From an uncultured Oscillospiraceae bacterium (GTDB lineage: Bacteria > Bacillota > Clostridia > Oscillospirales > Acutalibacteraceae): DNA of 64,000 nt. The DNA lies in NCBI GenBank assembly GCA_948471205.1, contig CAOKRT010000001.1, positions 44,518-108,517 on the forward strand, given 5' to 3'. Position 1 is the first letter of the stretch. Each line of letters starts with the position of its first letter. This document shows, piece by piece, positions 1-10,793 of the stretch. The notes beneath the pieces were generated by a model. The model was not told the origin of the DNA. It saw only the letters and a list, made by a program, of their open reading frames with translations, and ran no database searches. The translations under genes and the position numbers were made by a program.

Positions 1-1557
1 TGCAGGAAGTTTTTTTGCCTTGTTAATATCATCCTGTGTTGTCATATGCAGACGCTGTTCGTAAAGGCTGTTTGCTTCATCTATAATGTCTATGGCTTCA
101 ACAAGATCTTCATCTTTAAGAATACCGTTTCCGTAATCTTCAAACATGGCACGGATTTTCAATACTTTAACAATGCCCTGTTGCTTGATTTCTGTTAAAT
201 CATAAAAGAAATACGGCACCATATTCAGAAATGCACCGATAACAGCAGCAATAATCAGCACTTCAAACATATCCTCACGGAAGGAAGCAACCTCAAGCAC
301 ATCATAATTGTCCTGAAGGCCAAGACCCTGATAAATTGCAGGAAGAACAAGACCGGTAAACATTCCGATAAAGCTGCCTATAATACCAACTGCGCCGAAC
401 ATTCCGTCTATACGTTCTCCTGTGCGGTATTGCTGATAATCACGCATATCCGCCTGAATTCCGGGATTGTAAACGATGGAAAATGAATTTACAAAGCCGT
501 TAAGGTAGTAAAGCACAATCAGCATAAAGATGTTTTTATAAAACGGAAGCAGAAGTCCTATCAGAAAAATATTTGCAAAATTGCACCAGATAAGAAGGTT
601 TCTTTTTCCTATTGTGCGGATTGCGATGGGGCATATCAGCATTGCCCATAAAGCCGCATTACCTATCAGTGTGGTTGCTATACTGTATGTGCCCATTCTG
701 TTCGGATAGCCGTAAATAAATGTCCAGCCTATAATAACGCCCACTGCAGTTTCAAGAAATCCAAGCCAGCCTGCCATAGATGTAATCCAGAAATACTTGT
801 TTTTTGCAACTGCACGGAAAGCATCTGAAAATTTGAAATTTGTAACGTGTGTTTTTGCCTCTACAATTCGTTCCTTTGTTCCGAAAACAGAAAAATAGCT
901 TAAAACAATTCCCAACACAGCCAGCGTGGGATATATAATTCTGTAAGTTCTTATGTCATTCAGACCGCCGGTTAAAGTTGAAAGGGGGGGCACCACAAGT
1001 CCTATAATTGTCGGTGCAAATGAATACAATACAGAAGAAACGGCCACAATGTCTGTTCTTTCATGTGAATTGGGCGACATAACGTTTACCAAATCTGTGT
1101 ATGCATTCTGGAAAAAAGGATGGAAACACTGCACAAGATTATAGCAAACAAAAACGGCAATAACCTTTTCCATATATGACATGGTTTCATACGGAAGCCA
1201 TACGAATATAAGCGAAACAATGATTGCCGGAATACCCATTACCGCAATCCATGGACGGAATTTACCCATTTTCAGTTTAAAGCCGTCTATTATGTAAGAT
1301 CTTGCAATGGTTATACCAAAACCTATAAAGGTTGATGCAATACCCATATACTGCAAATCCATTGGTTTAATACCGATTGTGTTTCCTACAAGAAAGCTGG
1401 TGGCAGTAAGTGCAATCATACTGAAAAAATATATTGCAAACTGAACACCCATTCCGCCCACACCGTAAGCAATGGTTTCTTTATAAGAAACATATTTGCC
1501 CAGCGGAGGTGTTTTCCAATAGGTTTGAACATTCGAAATCATATCTGTGATTTTCAT
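1..1557 (-). CDS. GPH-family (glycoside-pentoside-hexuronide) sugar:cation symporter, partial (C-terminal end lies beyond the window)
   Basis: Absent from the ORF track because it has no stop in the window. My reverse translation from ATG (CAT 1555-1557) reads MKITDMISNVQTYWKTPPLGKYVSYKETIAYGVGGMGV...GKFRPW... This is collinear with the paralog at 16168-17613 (HWKTPPEGKYISYSEFSAYSVGG...GKFRPY). A GGGGG Shine-Dalgarno (complement of 1565-1569) lies 7 nt upstream. The frame is open to base 1. Confidence 0.85.
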   Translation of the reverse strand, partial: MKITDMISNVQTYWKTPPLGKYVSYKETIAYGVGGMGVQFAIYFFSMIALTATSFLVGNTIGIKPMDLQYMGIASTFIGFGITIARSYIIDGFKLKMGKFRPWIAVMGIPAIIVSLIFVWLPYETMSYMEKVIAVFVCYNLVQCFHPFFQNAYTDLVNVMSPNSHERTDIVAVSSVLYSFAPTIIGLVVPPLSTLTGGLNDIRTYRIIYPTLAVLGIVLSYFSVFGTKERIVEAKTHVTNFKFSDAFRAVAKNKYFWITSMAGWLGFLETAVGVIIGWTFIYGYPNRMGTYSIATTLIGNAALWAMLICPIAIRTIGKRNLLIWCNFANIFLIGLLLPFYKNIFMLIVLYYLNGFVNSFSIVYNPGIQADMRDYQQYRTGERIDGMFGAVGIIGSFIGMFTGLVLPAIYQGLGLQDNYDVLEVASFREDMFEVLIIAAVIGAFLNMVPYFFYDLTEIKQQGIVKVLKIRAMFEDYGNGILKDEDLVEAIDIIDEANSLYEQRLHMTTQDDINKAKKLPA

Positions 1558-1738
1558 TATTTTACCCCCTGTTTAAATCAATAATACAGAACGATTATAC
1601 TATCGTTTCTTTCTATTTTTCAAGTTAAAACAAAATTTTTATTTATTAGTGCCAATGTGAATGATTATTTATTTGTGCAAGTTTTACAATCATAAATTTA
1701 TCAATTTTTTCATATATATAAAATAATAGTTTATATTG

Positions 1739-1767
1739 TTGACATTTGAAAAAACAGATGCTATAAT
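1739..1767 (+). promoter_or_regulatory. sigma-A type promoter of the trp leader
   Basis: TTGACA (1739-1744), a 17-nt spacer, then TATAAT (1762-1767). Both hexamers match consensus, and the promoter sits directly upstream of the T-box leader. Confidence 0.8.
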
Positions 1768-1773
1768 TTATAC

Positions 1774-2057
1774 ATACTTAAACCGTTGAGGCGGAGATAA
1801 CGGCAATGATGCCTTTACAGAGAACCTGTGGTGCTGAGAGTCAGGTAAGAAACAAGTTGTCAAATGGACCGCTGAGGGTGCAGTCAAATGTGATTTTCAC
1901 AGAGTATTCTGCAACGTGTGGGCATACGTAAGTTGCCGGGGATATGTTGGTATCCTGCTAAGTGCATGGGGTCATTCCCGTGAATTCAAGGTGGCACCGC
2001 GGATAAATGAATTTGTTCGTCCTTGACAGATATTTTTCTGTCAGGGGCGTTTTTTTA
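1774..2057 (+). promoter_or_regulatory. T-box leader (tRNA-Trp responsive transcription attenuator) of trpEGDCFBA
   Basis: Stem I-like AGAGA...GGTGCTGAGAG elements. Candidate specifier TGG followed by A (1865-1868). Conserved T-box sequence CAAGGTGGCACCGCGG (1988-2002). A mutually exclusive terminator hairpin plus T-run lies at 2018-2057. The leader is immediately upstream of trpE. Confidence 0.85.
2018..2057 (+). terminator. intrinsic terminator of the T-box leader
   Basis: CGTCCTTGACAGA (2018-2030) pairs with TCTGTCAGGGGCG (2037-2049), followed by TTTTTTT (2050-2056). The 5' arm overlaps the 3' side of the T-box antiterminator region. Confidence 0.8.
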
Positions 2058-2112
2058 TTTGCTTTTTTGGCAGAATAACAAATATTAGTATATTATTTTG
2101 GAGGTCGGTGTT

Positions 2113-3579
2113 ATGAATTTTATGCCAAAAGAGAAAGACATTATTAAAATTGCCGCAACAGGACAATATAAGGTTTTGCCTGTAAGCTGCGAGATTCTTT
2201 CGGATATATGCACGCCCATTGAAGCAGTAAAAATACTGAAAAATGCTTCATCGCATTGCTATATGCTTGAATCGGCAAGGCAGAACGAAAAATGGGGCAG
2301 GTATACTTTTCTCGGTTGTAATCCCAAACTGGAAATTACGTTCCATAACGGAGAGATAAAAGCAGGCAGCGTTAAGAAAAAAACCAAGAACCCGTCTGCA
2401 TTTCTGCGTAATATTCTTAAAGAATATAAAAGCCCGCATTTTGATTATCTTCCGTCATTTACCGGCGGACTTGTGGGATATTTTTCATATGATTATTTCA
2501 GCTATGCCGAACCGTCTGTAAAAAATACCGCAGCAGACAGTGAAAATTTTAAGGATGCTGATTTGATGCTGTTTGATAAAGTAATTGCATTTGATAATGT
2601 AAAACAAAAAATCATTCTGATAGCCAATATAAGGCTTGATAATATAAAAGCAGAGTACAGCAGGGCAGTTAAGGAACTGAAAGAGCTTTGCAGGCTTTTG
2701 CAAAACGGTGAAAAAACAAAGGAAAAGGGCGGCATGCTGCTGAGTAAGGTTAAGCCGTTATTCAGCAGGGAAGAATATTGCCGAATGGTTGAAAAAGCAA
2801 AGTTTCATATTAAAGAAGGAGATATTTTTCAGATTGTGCTTTCAAACAGGCTTTCGGCATCCTTTGAAGGAAGTCTGCTGAATACGTACAGGATTTTGAG
2901 AACGATAAATCCGTCGCCGTATATGTTTTATTTTTCAGGTACGGATGTTGAAGTGGCAGGCGCATCGCCGGAAACGCTTGTAAAGCTTGAAAACGGCGTG
3001 CTTTATACGTTTCCTTTGGCGGGAACAAGACCAAGGGGAAAGAATGATAAAGAAGACACGGCATTTGAAAAAGAACTGCTTTCAGATGAAAAAGAGCTGG
3101 CGGAGCATAATATGCTTGTTGACCTCGGCAGAAATGATCTTGGAAAAATCAGCCGCTTCGGTTCTGTTAAGGTTGAAAAACTTCATTCAATTGAAAGATA
3201 TTCGCATGTTATGCATATCGGTTCAACTGTAAGCGGGGCCATAAAAGAAGAATATGATGCTTTAGATGCCGTTGAAGCGGTGCTTCCGGCAGGAACGCTT
3301 TCAGGCGCACCGAAAATAAGGGCATGTCAGCTTATAAATGAACTTGAAAACAATAAAAGAGGCATTTACGGCGGCGCAATAGGATATATTGATTTTACGG
3401 GAAATATGGATATGTGTATTGCTATAAGGATTGCATACAAGAAAAACGGAAAGGTTTTTGTAAGAAGCGGTGCCGGTATTGTTTATGATTCCGATCCCGA
3501 AAAGGAATACAACGAATGTATTAATAAAGCAAAAGCGGTTATTAGTGCGCTTGAAACTGCACAGGAGATGGACATATGA
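2113..3579 (+). CDS. trpE: anthranilate synthase component I
   Basis: ORF-track protein has TrpE hallmarks (LESA...[36 protein letters not shown]). I place the start at ATG 2113, with GGAGG at 2100-2104, rather than the track's TTG at 2098. Its stop overlaps the trpG start (ATGA). Confidence 0.93.
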   Translation: MNFMPKEKDIIKIAATGQYKVLPVSCEILSDICTPIEAVKILKNASSHCYMLESARQNEKWGRYTFLGCNPKLEITFHNGEIKAGSVKKKTKNPSAFLRNILKEYKSPHFDYLPSFTGGLVGYFSYDYFSYAEPSVKNTAADSENFKDADLMLFDKVIAFDNVKQKIILIANIRLDNIKAEYSRAVKELKELCRLLQNGEKTKEKGGMLLSKVKPLFSREEYCRMVEKAKFHIKEGDIFQIVLSNRLSASFEGSLLNTYRILRTINPSPYMFYFSGTDVEVAGASPETLVKLENGVLYTFPLAGTRPRGKNDKEDTAFEKELLSDEKELAEHNMLVDLGRNDLGKISRFGSVKVEKLHSIERYSHVMHIGSTVSGAIKEEYDALDAVEAVLPAGTLSGAPKIRACQLINELENNKRGIYGGAIGYIDFTGNMDMCIAIRIAYKKNGKVFVRSGAGIVYDSDPEKEYNECINKAKAVISALETAQEMDI

Positions 3580-4148
3580 TTTTACTGATTGATAATTATG
3601 ACAGCTTTTCCTATAATCTTTATCAATTTATCGGGGAAATAAATCCTGATATAAAGATTGTACGAAACGATGAATGTACAGCGGAGGAAATAATAAAACT
3701 TCATCCGGAAAGGATTATTATTTCACCGGGTCCGGGCAGACCTGAAGATGCCGGGATATGTATGGATTTGATAAGAAAAGTGCAGAATAATATTCCCATT
3801 TTGGGCGTATGCCTTGGTCATCAGGCAATTTGCAGTGTTTTCGGGGCAGATATAACCTATGCAAAAAAGCTTATGCACGGAAAGCAGTCTGCCGTAAAGT
3901 TTAACAATAAAAGCCCTTTATTTAAAAATTGCCCTGAAATCTCCCGTGCGGCACGGTATCATTCGCTTGCGGCGGATTCCGGTTCCATTCCGCCTTGTCT
4001 GGAGATAATTGCTGTATCGGAAGACAGGGAGATAATGGCTGTTCAGCACAAAAAATATAAAATATACGGTGTACAGTTTCATCCGGAATCGGTAATGACG
4101 CCGTTTGGAAAACAGATGATTGAAAATTTTATTAAGGAGGATATGTAA
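3576..4148 (+). CDS. trpG: anthranilate synthase component II (glutamine amidotransferase)
   Basis: Class-I GATase motifs: [32 protein letters not shown] overlap with trpE and TAATG overlap with trpD. Confidence 0.92.
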   Translation: MILLIDNYDSFSYNLYQFIGEINPDIKIVRNDECTAEEIIKLHPERIIISPGPGRPEDAGICMDLIRKVQNNIPILGVCLGHQAICSVFGADITYAKKLMHGKQSAVKFNNKSPLFKNCPEISRAARYHSLAADSGSIPPCLEIIAVSEDREIMAVQHKKYKIYGVQFHPESVMTPFGKQMIENFIKEDM

Positions 4149-5179
4149 TGATTAAAGAGGCGATTGTAAAAATTGTGAATAAACAGGACCTTTCATATGA
4201 TGAAGCGTATGCCGTTATGAATGAAATAATGAACGGGGAAACAACGCAAACACAGAATGCGGCTTTTCTTGCCGCGCTTTCAACGAAAAGTGCAAGGGCC
4301 GAAACCATTGATGAAATTGCCGGATGCGCCGCTGCGATGAGAAATCATGCGGAAAAGGTTGAAACAGATATGGAGCTTTTTGAAATTGTCGGTACAGGCG
4401 GAGACAATGCACAAAGTTTTAATATTTCCACAACAGCCGCAATTGTAGCTGCAGCAGGCGGAATAAAAGTAGCAAAGCACGGCAACAGGGCCGCTTCATC
4501 CAAATGCGGTACGGCCGACTGTTTGGAAGCACTCGGTGTAAATATCAATCAAAGTCCCGAACGTTGTATTGAACTTTTAAATGAAGTAGGAATATGTTTT
4601 TTCTTCGCACAGAAATACCATACATCCATGAAATATGTGGGCGGTATACGAAAGGAACTTGGTTTCAGAACGGTTTTTAATATTTTAGGTCCTTTAACCA
4701 ATCCGGGCAGTCCGAAAATGCAGCTTCTCGGTGTTTATGATGAATATCTTGTTGAACCGCTTGCGCAGGTGCTGATGAATCTTGGTGTTAAACGCGGAAT
4801 GGTTGTGTATGGTCAGGATAAGCTGGATGAAATTTCTTTAAGCGCACCGACAACGATTTGTGAATTTAAGAATGGATGGTACAGAAAATATACGGTCAGT
4901 CCGGAAGAGTTCGGATTTGAACGCTGCAGCAAAGAAGATTTGAAAGGCGGCTCTCCATCAGAAAATGCAGGTATCACGCGTGCTGTTTTAGCCGGAAAAA
5001 AGGGACATAAACGCAATGCTGTGCTTATGAATGCCGGTGCTTCTTTGTATATTTGTGGAAAGGCAAAAACCTTTACAGATGGGATTCGAACCGCCGCCGA
5101 AATCATAGATTCGGGAAAGGCTGAAAAGGTGCTGGAAAAATTGATAGAAGCAAGCAATAGAGCGGAGGAACGGGCATGA
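4148..5179 (+). CDS. trpD: anthranilate phosphoribosyltransferase
   Basis: Motifs [20 protein letters not shown] and NILGPLTNP. Positioned within the trp operon. Confidence 0.93.
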   Translation: MIKEAIVKIVNKQDLSYDEAYAVMNEIMNGETTQTQNAAFLAALSTKSARAETIDEIAGCAAAMRNHAEKVETDMELFEIVGTGGDNAQSFNISTTAAIVAAAGGIKVAKHGNRAASSKCGTADCLEALGVNINQSPERCIELLNEVGICFFFAQKYHTSMKYVGGIRKELGFRTVFNILGPLTNPGSPKMQLLGVYDEYLVEPLAQVLMNLGVKRGMVVYGQDKLDEISLSAPTTICEFKNGWYRKYTVSPEEFGFERCSKEDLKGGSPSENAGITRAVLAGKKGHKRNAVLMNAGASLYICGKAKTFTDGIRTAAEIIDSGKAEKVLEKLIEASNRAEERA

Positions 5180-5958
5180 CAATACTGAATCAGCTTGCCG
5201 ATTATGCATTGCTTCGTGTGCATAAGGCAAAGTCTATTATGCCGCTGCATATCGTAAAGGAATTAGCCTTTACAAAAGAAAAGGGTGCTTTTGAGTTTGA
5301 AAATGCCCTGAAACAGAAAAAAATTTCATTTATCTGTGAATGTAAAAAGGCTTCGCCGTCCAAAGGTATAATTTCTGATGATTTTCCGTATGTTGAAATC
5401 GCAAAGCAATATGAAAATGCGGGTGCGGACTGTATATCTGTTTTAACCGAACCAAAATGGTTTTTGGGAAAGGACGAATACTTAAAAGAAATAGCGTCTG
5501 CTGTTTCGGTTCCGTGTTTGCGTAAGGATTTCACGGTGGATGAATATATGATTTATGAAGCAAAACTGCTTGGAGCATCGTCTGTGCTGTTAATTTGCGC
5601 TATTCTTACGGAAAATAAAATCAGCAAGTATATAAAAATATGTGATGCGCTTGGTATGTCGGCACTTGTTGAAACACATAACGAAAAAGAAATTGAAACA
5701 GCTTTAAAAGCAGGCGCAAGAATAATAGGGGTCAACAACAGAAATCTTCATGATTTTTCTGTGGATACCGAAAACAGTTTCAGGCTTCGCCGTTTGATAC
5801 CGAAAGAAGTGCTTTTTGTTTCGGAAAGCGGTATAAACAGCACAGAAGATATTGCATTCATGCGTGAAATCGGCGCAGATGCCGTGCTGATAGGCGAAGC
5901 TTTGATGAAAGCTAAGGATAAAAAATCCATGCTTGAGAAGCTGAGAGGTGCCGTATGA
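5176..5958 (+). CDS. trpC: indole-3-glycerol-phosphate synthase
   Basis: Motifs [19 protein letters not shown] and GVNNRNL. 4-nt overlap with trpD. Confidence 0.92.
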   Translation: MTILNQLADYALLRVHKAKSIMPLHIVKELAFTKEKGAFEFENALKQKKISFICECKKASPSKGIISDDFPYVEIAKQYENAGADCISVLTEPKWFLGKDEYLKEIASAVSVPCLRKDFTVDEYMIYEAKLLGASSVLLICAILTENKISKYIKICDALGMSALVETHNEKEIETALKAGARIIGVNNRNLHDFSVDTENSFRLRRLIPKEVLFVSESGINSTEDIAFMREIGADAVLIGEALMKAKDKKSMLEKLRGAV

Positions 5959-6566
5959 CAAAGATTAAAATCTGCGGAATTTCCAAAGCGGATGATATTG
6001 AAACCGTTAATTTGCTAAAACCCGAATATATTGGCTTTGTATTTGCTGAAAAAAGCAAACGCCGCATATCTGCCGGCACGGCATATGATTTGAAAAAAAT
6101 GCTTCATCCTGCTGTAAAAGCAGTTGGCGTGTTTGTTGATGAACCGATTGATGCTGTGGCAAAACTTATGAATAACAATGTTATTGATTTGGCTCAGCTT
6201 CACGGTCGGGAAGATGAAGCGTATATAAAAACGCTTCGTTATTATACGGATAAACCCGTTATTAAAGCATTTGCAATTAAAAGCGAAAACGATATTGCGG
6301 CGGCAAATAAAAGCAGTGCGGATTTTGTTTTGCTTGATTCGTCAGGCGGCGGAACTGGCACCGTATTTAATTGGGATTTTATTAATTTAATAAGCAGACC
6401 TTATTTTCTTGCAGGCGGTCTTACACCGCAAAATGCAGGAAAAGCGGTTGAAAGGCTTGAACCGTATGCGCTTGATGTAAGTTCGGGCGTTGAAACAAAC
6501 GGATATAAGGATAAAAATAAAATAGCAGAATTTATTTCTGCGGTAAGAAAGGAAGATTTAACATGA
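5955..6566 (+). CDS. trpF: phosphoribosylanthranilate isomerase
   Basis: KICGI start and QLHG motif, about 200 aa. 4-nt overlaps with trpC and trpB. Confidence 0.9.
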   Translation: MTKIKICGISKADDIETVNLLKPEYIGFVFAEKSKRRISAGTAYDLKKMLHPAVKAVGVFVDEPIDAVAKLMNNNVIDLAQLHGREDEAYIKTLRYYTDKPVIKAFAIKSENDIAAANKSSADFVLLDSSGGGTGTVFNWDFINLISRPYFLAGGLTPQNAGKAVERLEPYALDVSSGVETNGYKDKNKIAEFISAVRKEDLT

Positions 6567-7753
6567 CAAATACAAACGGGCGGTTTGGAATCCACGGCGG
6601 ACAGTATATTCCCGAAACGCTTATGAATGACGTAATTGAGCTTGAGAAAGCATATAATCATTATAAAAACGATTCTGATTTTAATAAGGAGCTTTCCGAA
6701 CTTTTTAACAACTATGCAGGCCGACCCTCAAGGCTTTACTATGCGAAAAAAATGACAGAGGATTTGGGCGGTGCAAAAATTTATCTGAAAAGAGAGGATT
6801 TAAACCATACCGGTTCTCATAAAATCAATAATGTTCTCGGGCAGGCGCTTTTGGCAAAGAAAATGGGGAAAACACGCCTGATTGCGGAAACAGGAGCAGG
6901 GCAGCATGGTGTTGCAGCGGCAACTGCAGCGGCACTTCTTGGTATGGAATGTGTTGTTTTTATGGGGGAAGAAGATACAGTCCGCCAAGCGTTGAATGTT
7001 TATCGCATGCGCCTGCTTGGTGCAGAAGTTATACCGGTTAAAACGGGCACAGCAACACTGAAAGATGCTGTTTCGGAAGCCCTGCGTGAATGGACCTCAA
7101 GAATTGATGATACACATTATTGTCTGGGTTCTGTTATGGGTCCGCATCCTTTTCCCATGATTGTGCGTGATTTTCAGGCTGTAATTTCAAAAGAAATAAA
7201 ACGGCAGTTATCGGAAACAGAAAACAAACTGCCGGATGCGGTTATTGCCTGTGTTGGCGGCGGTTCAAACGCAATGGGAAGCTTTTACCATTTTATTGAT
7301 GATAAGTCTGTAAGACTGATAGGCTGCGAAGCCGCAGGCAGAGGTATAGATACATTTGAAACCGCGGCAACCGTAAATACAGGCAGAACAGGTATTTTTC
7401 ACGGAATGAAATCCTATTTCTGCCAGGATGAATTCGGTCAGATTGCACCTGTTTATTCCATTTCTGCAGGGCTTGATTATCCGGGTATCGGACCGGAACA
7501 TGCATATCTTCACGATATAGGCAGAGCCGAATATGTGCCGGTAACAGATGAGGAAGCAGTAAATGCTTTTGAATATCTTTCAAAAACAGAAGGCATTATT
7601 CCTGCAATAGAATCCGCCCATGCTGTGGCATATGCGATGAAAATTGCACCGGAAATGAGCAAAGAAAAGAGTATCGTTATAACAATATCCGGCAGAGGAG
7701 ATAAGGACTGTGCCGCGATTGCAAGATACAGAGGGGAGGATATTTATGAGTAA
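6563..7753 (+). CDS. trpB: tryptophan synthase beta chain
   Basis: Motifs [20 protein letters not shown] (PLP lysine), ETGAGQHG and GGGSNAMG. Confidence 0.95.
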   Translation: MTNTNGRFGIHGGQYIPETLMNDVIELEKAYNHYKNDSDFNKELSELFNNYAGRPSRLYYAKKMTEDLGGAKIYLKREDLNHTGSHKINNVLGQALLAKKMGKTRLIAETGAGQHGVAAATAAALLGMECVVFMGEEDTVRQALNVYRMRLLGAEVIPVKTGTATLKDAVSEALREWTSRIDDTHYCLGSVMGPHPFPMIVRDFQAVISKEIKRQLSETENKLPDAVIACVGGGSNAMGSFYHFIDDKSVRLIGCEAAGRGIDTFETAATVNTGRTGIFHGMKSYFCQDEFGQIAPVYSISAGLDYPGIGPEHAYLHDIGRAEYVPVTDEEAVNAFEYLSKTEGIIPAIESAHAVAYAMKIAPEMSKEKSIVITISGRGDKDCAAIARYRGEDIYE

Positions 7754-8519
7754 TATTCATAAGGCCTTTGAAAACGGAAAGGCATTCATTCCGTTTATTA
7801 CCTGCGGAGATCCTGATTTGGAAACGACTGCAGCGGCTGTAAGGGCGGCGGCGGAAAACGGCGCAGATTTGATTGAACTTGGCATTCCTTTTTCAGATCC
7901 CACTGCCGAAGGTCCGGTTATTCAGGCGGCCAATATCCGTGCATTAAAGGCAGGGGTTACAACAGATAAAATTTTTGAATTTGTCAGGGAAATACGAAAG
8001 GATGTTAAAATTCCCATGGTATTTATGACCTATGCAAATGTTGTATTTTCCTATGGGGCTGAATATTTTATTTCTGTTTGTGCTGAAATCGGAATAGACG
8101 GAATCATTCTGCCGGATTTGCCGTTTGAGGAAAAACAGGAATTTTTGCCGGTATGCCGAAAATACGGTGTGGATTTGATATCGCTAATTGCGCCGACTTC
8201 GGAAAACAGGATTGCGATGATTGCCGAAGAGGCAGACGGCTTTCTGTATATTGTTTCAAGCCTTGGCGTTACGGGAACAAGAAGTGAAATAAAAACAGAT
8301 TTAAAATCAATGATTGATATTGTCAGAAAAAGCACGGATATTCCGTGTGCTATTGGATTCGGAATATCAACACCGGAACAGGCAAAGAAAATGGCGGAAA
8401 TTTCAGATGGTGCCATTGTAGGTTCGGCCATTATAAAATTGCTGGAAAAGTACGGAAATGATGCTCCGAAATACATCGGCAAATATGTAAAATCAATGAA
8501 AAATGCCATTACGGAATAA
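7746..8519 (+). CDS. trpA: tryptophan synthase alpha chain
   Basis: Motifs [27 protein letters not shown] and GFGIS. I place the start at ATG 7746, behind GGGGAGGA (7733-7740), overlapping the trpB stop by 8 nt. The track's 7710 start would add 12 non-conserved residues. Confidence 0.92.
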   Translation: MSNIHKAFENGKAFIPFITCGDPDLETTAAAVRAAAENGADLIELGIPFSDPTAEGPVIQAANIRALKAGVTTDKIFEFVREIRKDVKIPMVFMTYANVVFSYGAEYFISVCAEIGIDGIILPDLPFEEKQEFLPVCRKYGVDLISLIAPTSENRIAMIAEEADGFLYIVSSLGVTGTRSEIKTDLKSMIDIVRKSTDIPCAIGFGISTPEQAKKMAEISDGAIVGSAIIKLLEKYGNDAPKYIGKYVKSMKNAITE

Positions 8520-8542
8520 TCAGACATATTGTAAATTGTTTT

Positions 8543-8575
8543 GCAGAAGGGCAGATTTGTTCTTCTGCTTTTATT
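8543..8575 (+). terminator. intrinsic terminator after trpA
   Basis: GCAGAAG (8543-8549) pairs with CTTCTGC (8562-8568), followed by TTTT. Confidence 0.65.
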
Positions 8576-8629
8576 GTAAAAGTGTGTTCATTATGGTACA
8601 GTATCATTATATTGCATGTTTACCGGTGA

Positions 8630-9184
8630 ATGATTATGATTAAAACAGTTGCGGAAAAATTAAATAAAATAAAAAAAGAAAGATATATTATTGCTGTTGA
8701 CGGAAGATGCGGGGCAGGCAAAACAACATTTGCGCAAAGGCTTTGCAAACATTTTGACTGCAGTGTCATTCATATGGATGATTTTTTTCTGCGTCCTGAA
8801 CAACGGACATCGGAACGGTTAAATGAACCCGGCGGGAATATAGATTATGAGCGTTTTGCCGCAGAAATCATAGTTCCGCTTCAAAACGGAGGAAGTTTCC
8901 GCTATCGCCCGTTTCGTTGTCAAACGCTTTCGTTTGATGAGGAAAAAACAGTGGAAAACAAAAAAATAATCCTTGTTGAAGGCGCCTATTCATGCCATCC
9001 TGCATTTTCTGATATTTATGATTTAAAAATATTTCTTGATATAGATGCTACGGAGCAGTTAAAACGAATAGAAAAGCGAAACGGAAAACAGATGCTGAAT
9101 CAGTTTAAAAACAAATGGATTCCGCTTGAAGAAAGATATTTTAAAGCGTTTAATATTAAAGAAAAATGTGATATTTGCTTTTAA
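8630..9184 (+). CDS. P-loop nucleoside/uridine kinase family protein
   Basis: Walker A motif in AVDGRCGAGKTTFAQRL, followed by HMDDFF. Size is about 180 aa. The second ATG at 8636, 6 nt after GGTGA, may be the real start. Confidence 0.6.
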   Translation: MIMIKTVAEKLNKIKKERYIIAVDGRCGAGKTTFAQRLCKHFDCSVIHMDDFFLRPEQRTSERLNEPGGNIDYERFAAEIIVPLQNGGSFRYRPFRCQTLSFDEEKTVENKKIILVEGAYSCHPAFSDIYDLKIFLDIDATEQLKRIEKRNGKQMLNQFKNKWIPLEERYFKAFNIKEKCDICF

Positions 9185-9201
9185 GCAATATCACATTTTT
9201 T
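9162..9201 (+). terminator. intrinsic terminator overlapping the 3' end of the kinase gene
   Basis: A 14-bp stem, AAATGTGATATTTGC (9164-9178) with GCAATATCACATTT (9185-9198), has one bulge and runs into a T tract. Confidence 0.6.
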
Positions 9202-9275
9202 GCCTTTAAAGTGTTAAATTGCAATGGGTGCATGAATATGGTATTATCAATTTATTATAGGAATGGGAGGATAAT

Positions 9276-10751
9276 ATGGAGGGAAGAGAAAAATTTGCGT
9301 CACGGCTTGGTTTTATTCTGGTTTCGGCAGGCTGTGCGGTAGGCATTGGAAACGTATGGAAATTTCCGTATATCTGCGGAATTTACGGCGGCGCCGCTTT
9401 CATAGTAATGTATTTGGTATTTCTGCTGATTCTTGGGCTTCCGATTTTAATATGTGAATTCACTGTCGGACGGGGAAGCCGTTTTGGTATGGGAAAGGCA
9501 TTTGAAACGCTTGAGCCGAAGGGAACAAAATGGCACAATCTTAAATGGATAAGTATTTTGGGCAGTTTTCTGCTGATGATGTTTTATACAATGGTAGCCG
9601 GCTGGATGATATATTATGCCTACCTGGAAATAACCGGAAAAATGACCGGGCTTGATAATTCCGGCGTTGCAAATGTATTTTCGGAAATGCTTTCTCAACC
9701 GGCAACAATGAGCCTTTGGGCCTTTATTGCCATTATAATATCTTTTGGAATATGTGTGCTCGGTGTTAAAAACGGTGTTGAAAAAATAACAAAGGTTATG
9801 ATGTGTTTCCTTATTGTTTTAATGATGGCGCTGGCAGTGCACTCCTTTATTCTTCCGAATGCTTCGGAAGGAATTAAATTCTACCTTGTGCCGAATTTTA
9901 AATCTGTTGCTAAAAACGGGCTTGGCACGGCTGTTTTTGCTGCTATGAGCCATGCGTTCTTTACATTAAGCATAGGTATCGGTGCAATGGAAATTTTCGG
10001 AAGTTATCTTGACCGTAAGAAAAAAATCACAGGTGAAGCTGTAAATATTATTCTGCTTGATACCTTTGTGGCTTTAATGGCAGGTTTTATCATTATTCCT
10101 GCATGTTTCTCTTTCGGAGTAGAGCCTGATTCCGGTCCTTCACTTTTATTTATAACACTGCCCAATCTGTTCAATAACATGTCGGGCGGCAGAATATGGG
10201 GCGCCATGTTCTTCATATTTATGTCTTTTGCGGCCCTTTCAACCCTGGTTGCTGTTTTTGAAAATATTATAGCAATGTTTATGGATATGAACGGCTGGAG
10301 CAGAAAAAAATCTGTTGCCGTAAACTTTGTTCTTATCACCGTGCTTTCAATGCCGGCAATACTTGGCTTTAATCTTCTTTCAAAATTTCAGCCTTTGGGC
10401 AGCGGCACTTCGGTTATGGATTTGGAGGATTTCCTTGTATCCTATAATTTGCTCCCGCTCGGTTCGCTTGTTTTTGTTATGTTCTGTGCAAGAAGAAACG
10501 GCTGGGGATTTGAAAATTTCCTGAAAGAGGCAAATAAGGGTTCAGGCGTTAAATTTCCGAAATGGATAAGAGTTTATATGCAGTATATTCTGCCGCTTAT
10601 CGTTACCGGTATTTATCTTAAAGGATATTATGATTATTTTATTCCGCAGGGCATCGGTGTAACAATCGGCTGGATGTGCTTTGCTGTTTTGCTTCTTGTT
10701 CTGATATTCGGAATTGCGGTATTTACAGGAAGAAAGAAAATAAAAGAATAA
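9276..10751 (+). CDS. sodium-dependent transporter, NSS/SNF family
   Basis: N-terminal signature FASRLGFILVSAGCAVGIGNVWKFPY. About 11-12 hydrophobic segments, 491 aa. Confidence 0.85.
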   Translation: MEGREKFASRLGFILVSAGCAVGIGNVWKFPYICGIYGGAAFIVMYLVFLLILGLPILICEFTVGRGSRFGMGKAFETLEPKGTKWHNLKWISILGSFLLMMFYTMVAGWMIYYAYLEITGKMTGLDNSGVANVFSEMLSQPATMSLWAFIAIIISFGICVLGVKNGVEKITKVMMCFLIVLMMALAVHSFILPNASEGIKFYLVPNFKSVAKNGLGTAVFAAMSHAFFTLSIGIGAMEIFGSYLDRKKKITGEAVNIILLDTFVALMAGFIIIPACFSFGVEPDSGPSLLFITLPNLFNNMSGGRIWGAMFFIFMSFAALSTLVAVFENIIAMFMDMNGWSRKKSVAVNFVLITVLSMPAILGFNLLSKFQPLGSGTSVMDLEDFLVSYNLLPLGSLVFVMFCARRNGWGFENFLKEANKGSGVKFPKWIRVYMQYILPLIVTGIYLKGYYDYFIPQGIGVTIGWMCFAVLLLVLIFGIAVFTGRKKIKE

Positions 10752-10756
10752 AAAAT

Positions 10757-10790
10757 AAAAAACGCTGTTTTTACAGCGTTTTTTATTTTT
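10757..10790. terminator. bidirectional intrinsic terminator between the NSS gene and the LysR gene
   Basis: AAAACGCTGT (10759-10768) pairs with ACAGCGTTTT (10773-10782). It is flanked by A-rich and T-rich tracts and lies between convergent genes. Confidence 0.75.
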
Positions 10791-10793
10791 GTA

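Noticed and set aside
953-1144. 63-aa plus-strand ORF
   Set aside because: It lies antisense inside the long open frame of the GPH symporter (1-1557, minus strand). It has no Shine-Dalgarno and no recognisable motif.
2098-2112. TTG start for trpE, and similar upstream starts in the track for trpA (7710), the cupin (12885), the C26 gene (32976), GH16 (23810), rpoB (50472) and rpsL (58160)
   Set aside because: In each case a downstream ATG (TTG for rpsL) has a properly spaced Shine-Dalgarno and matches the conserved family N-terminus. The longer forms add non-conserved residues or overlap the Shine-Dalgarno.
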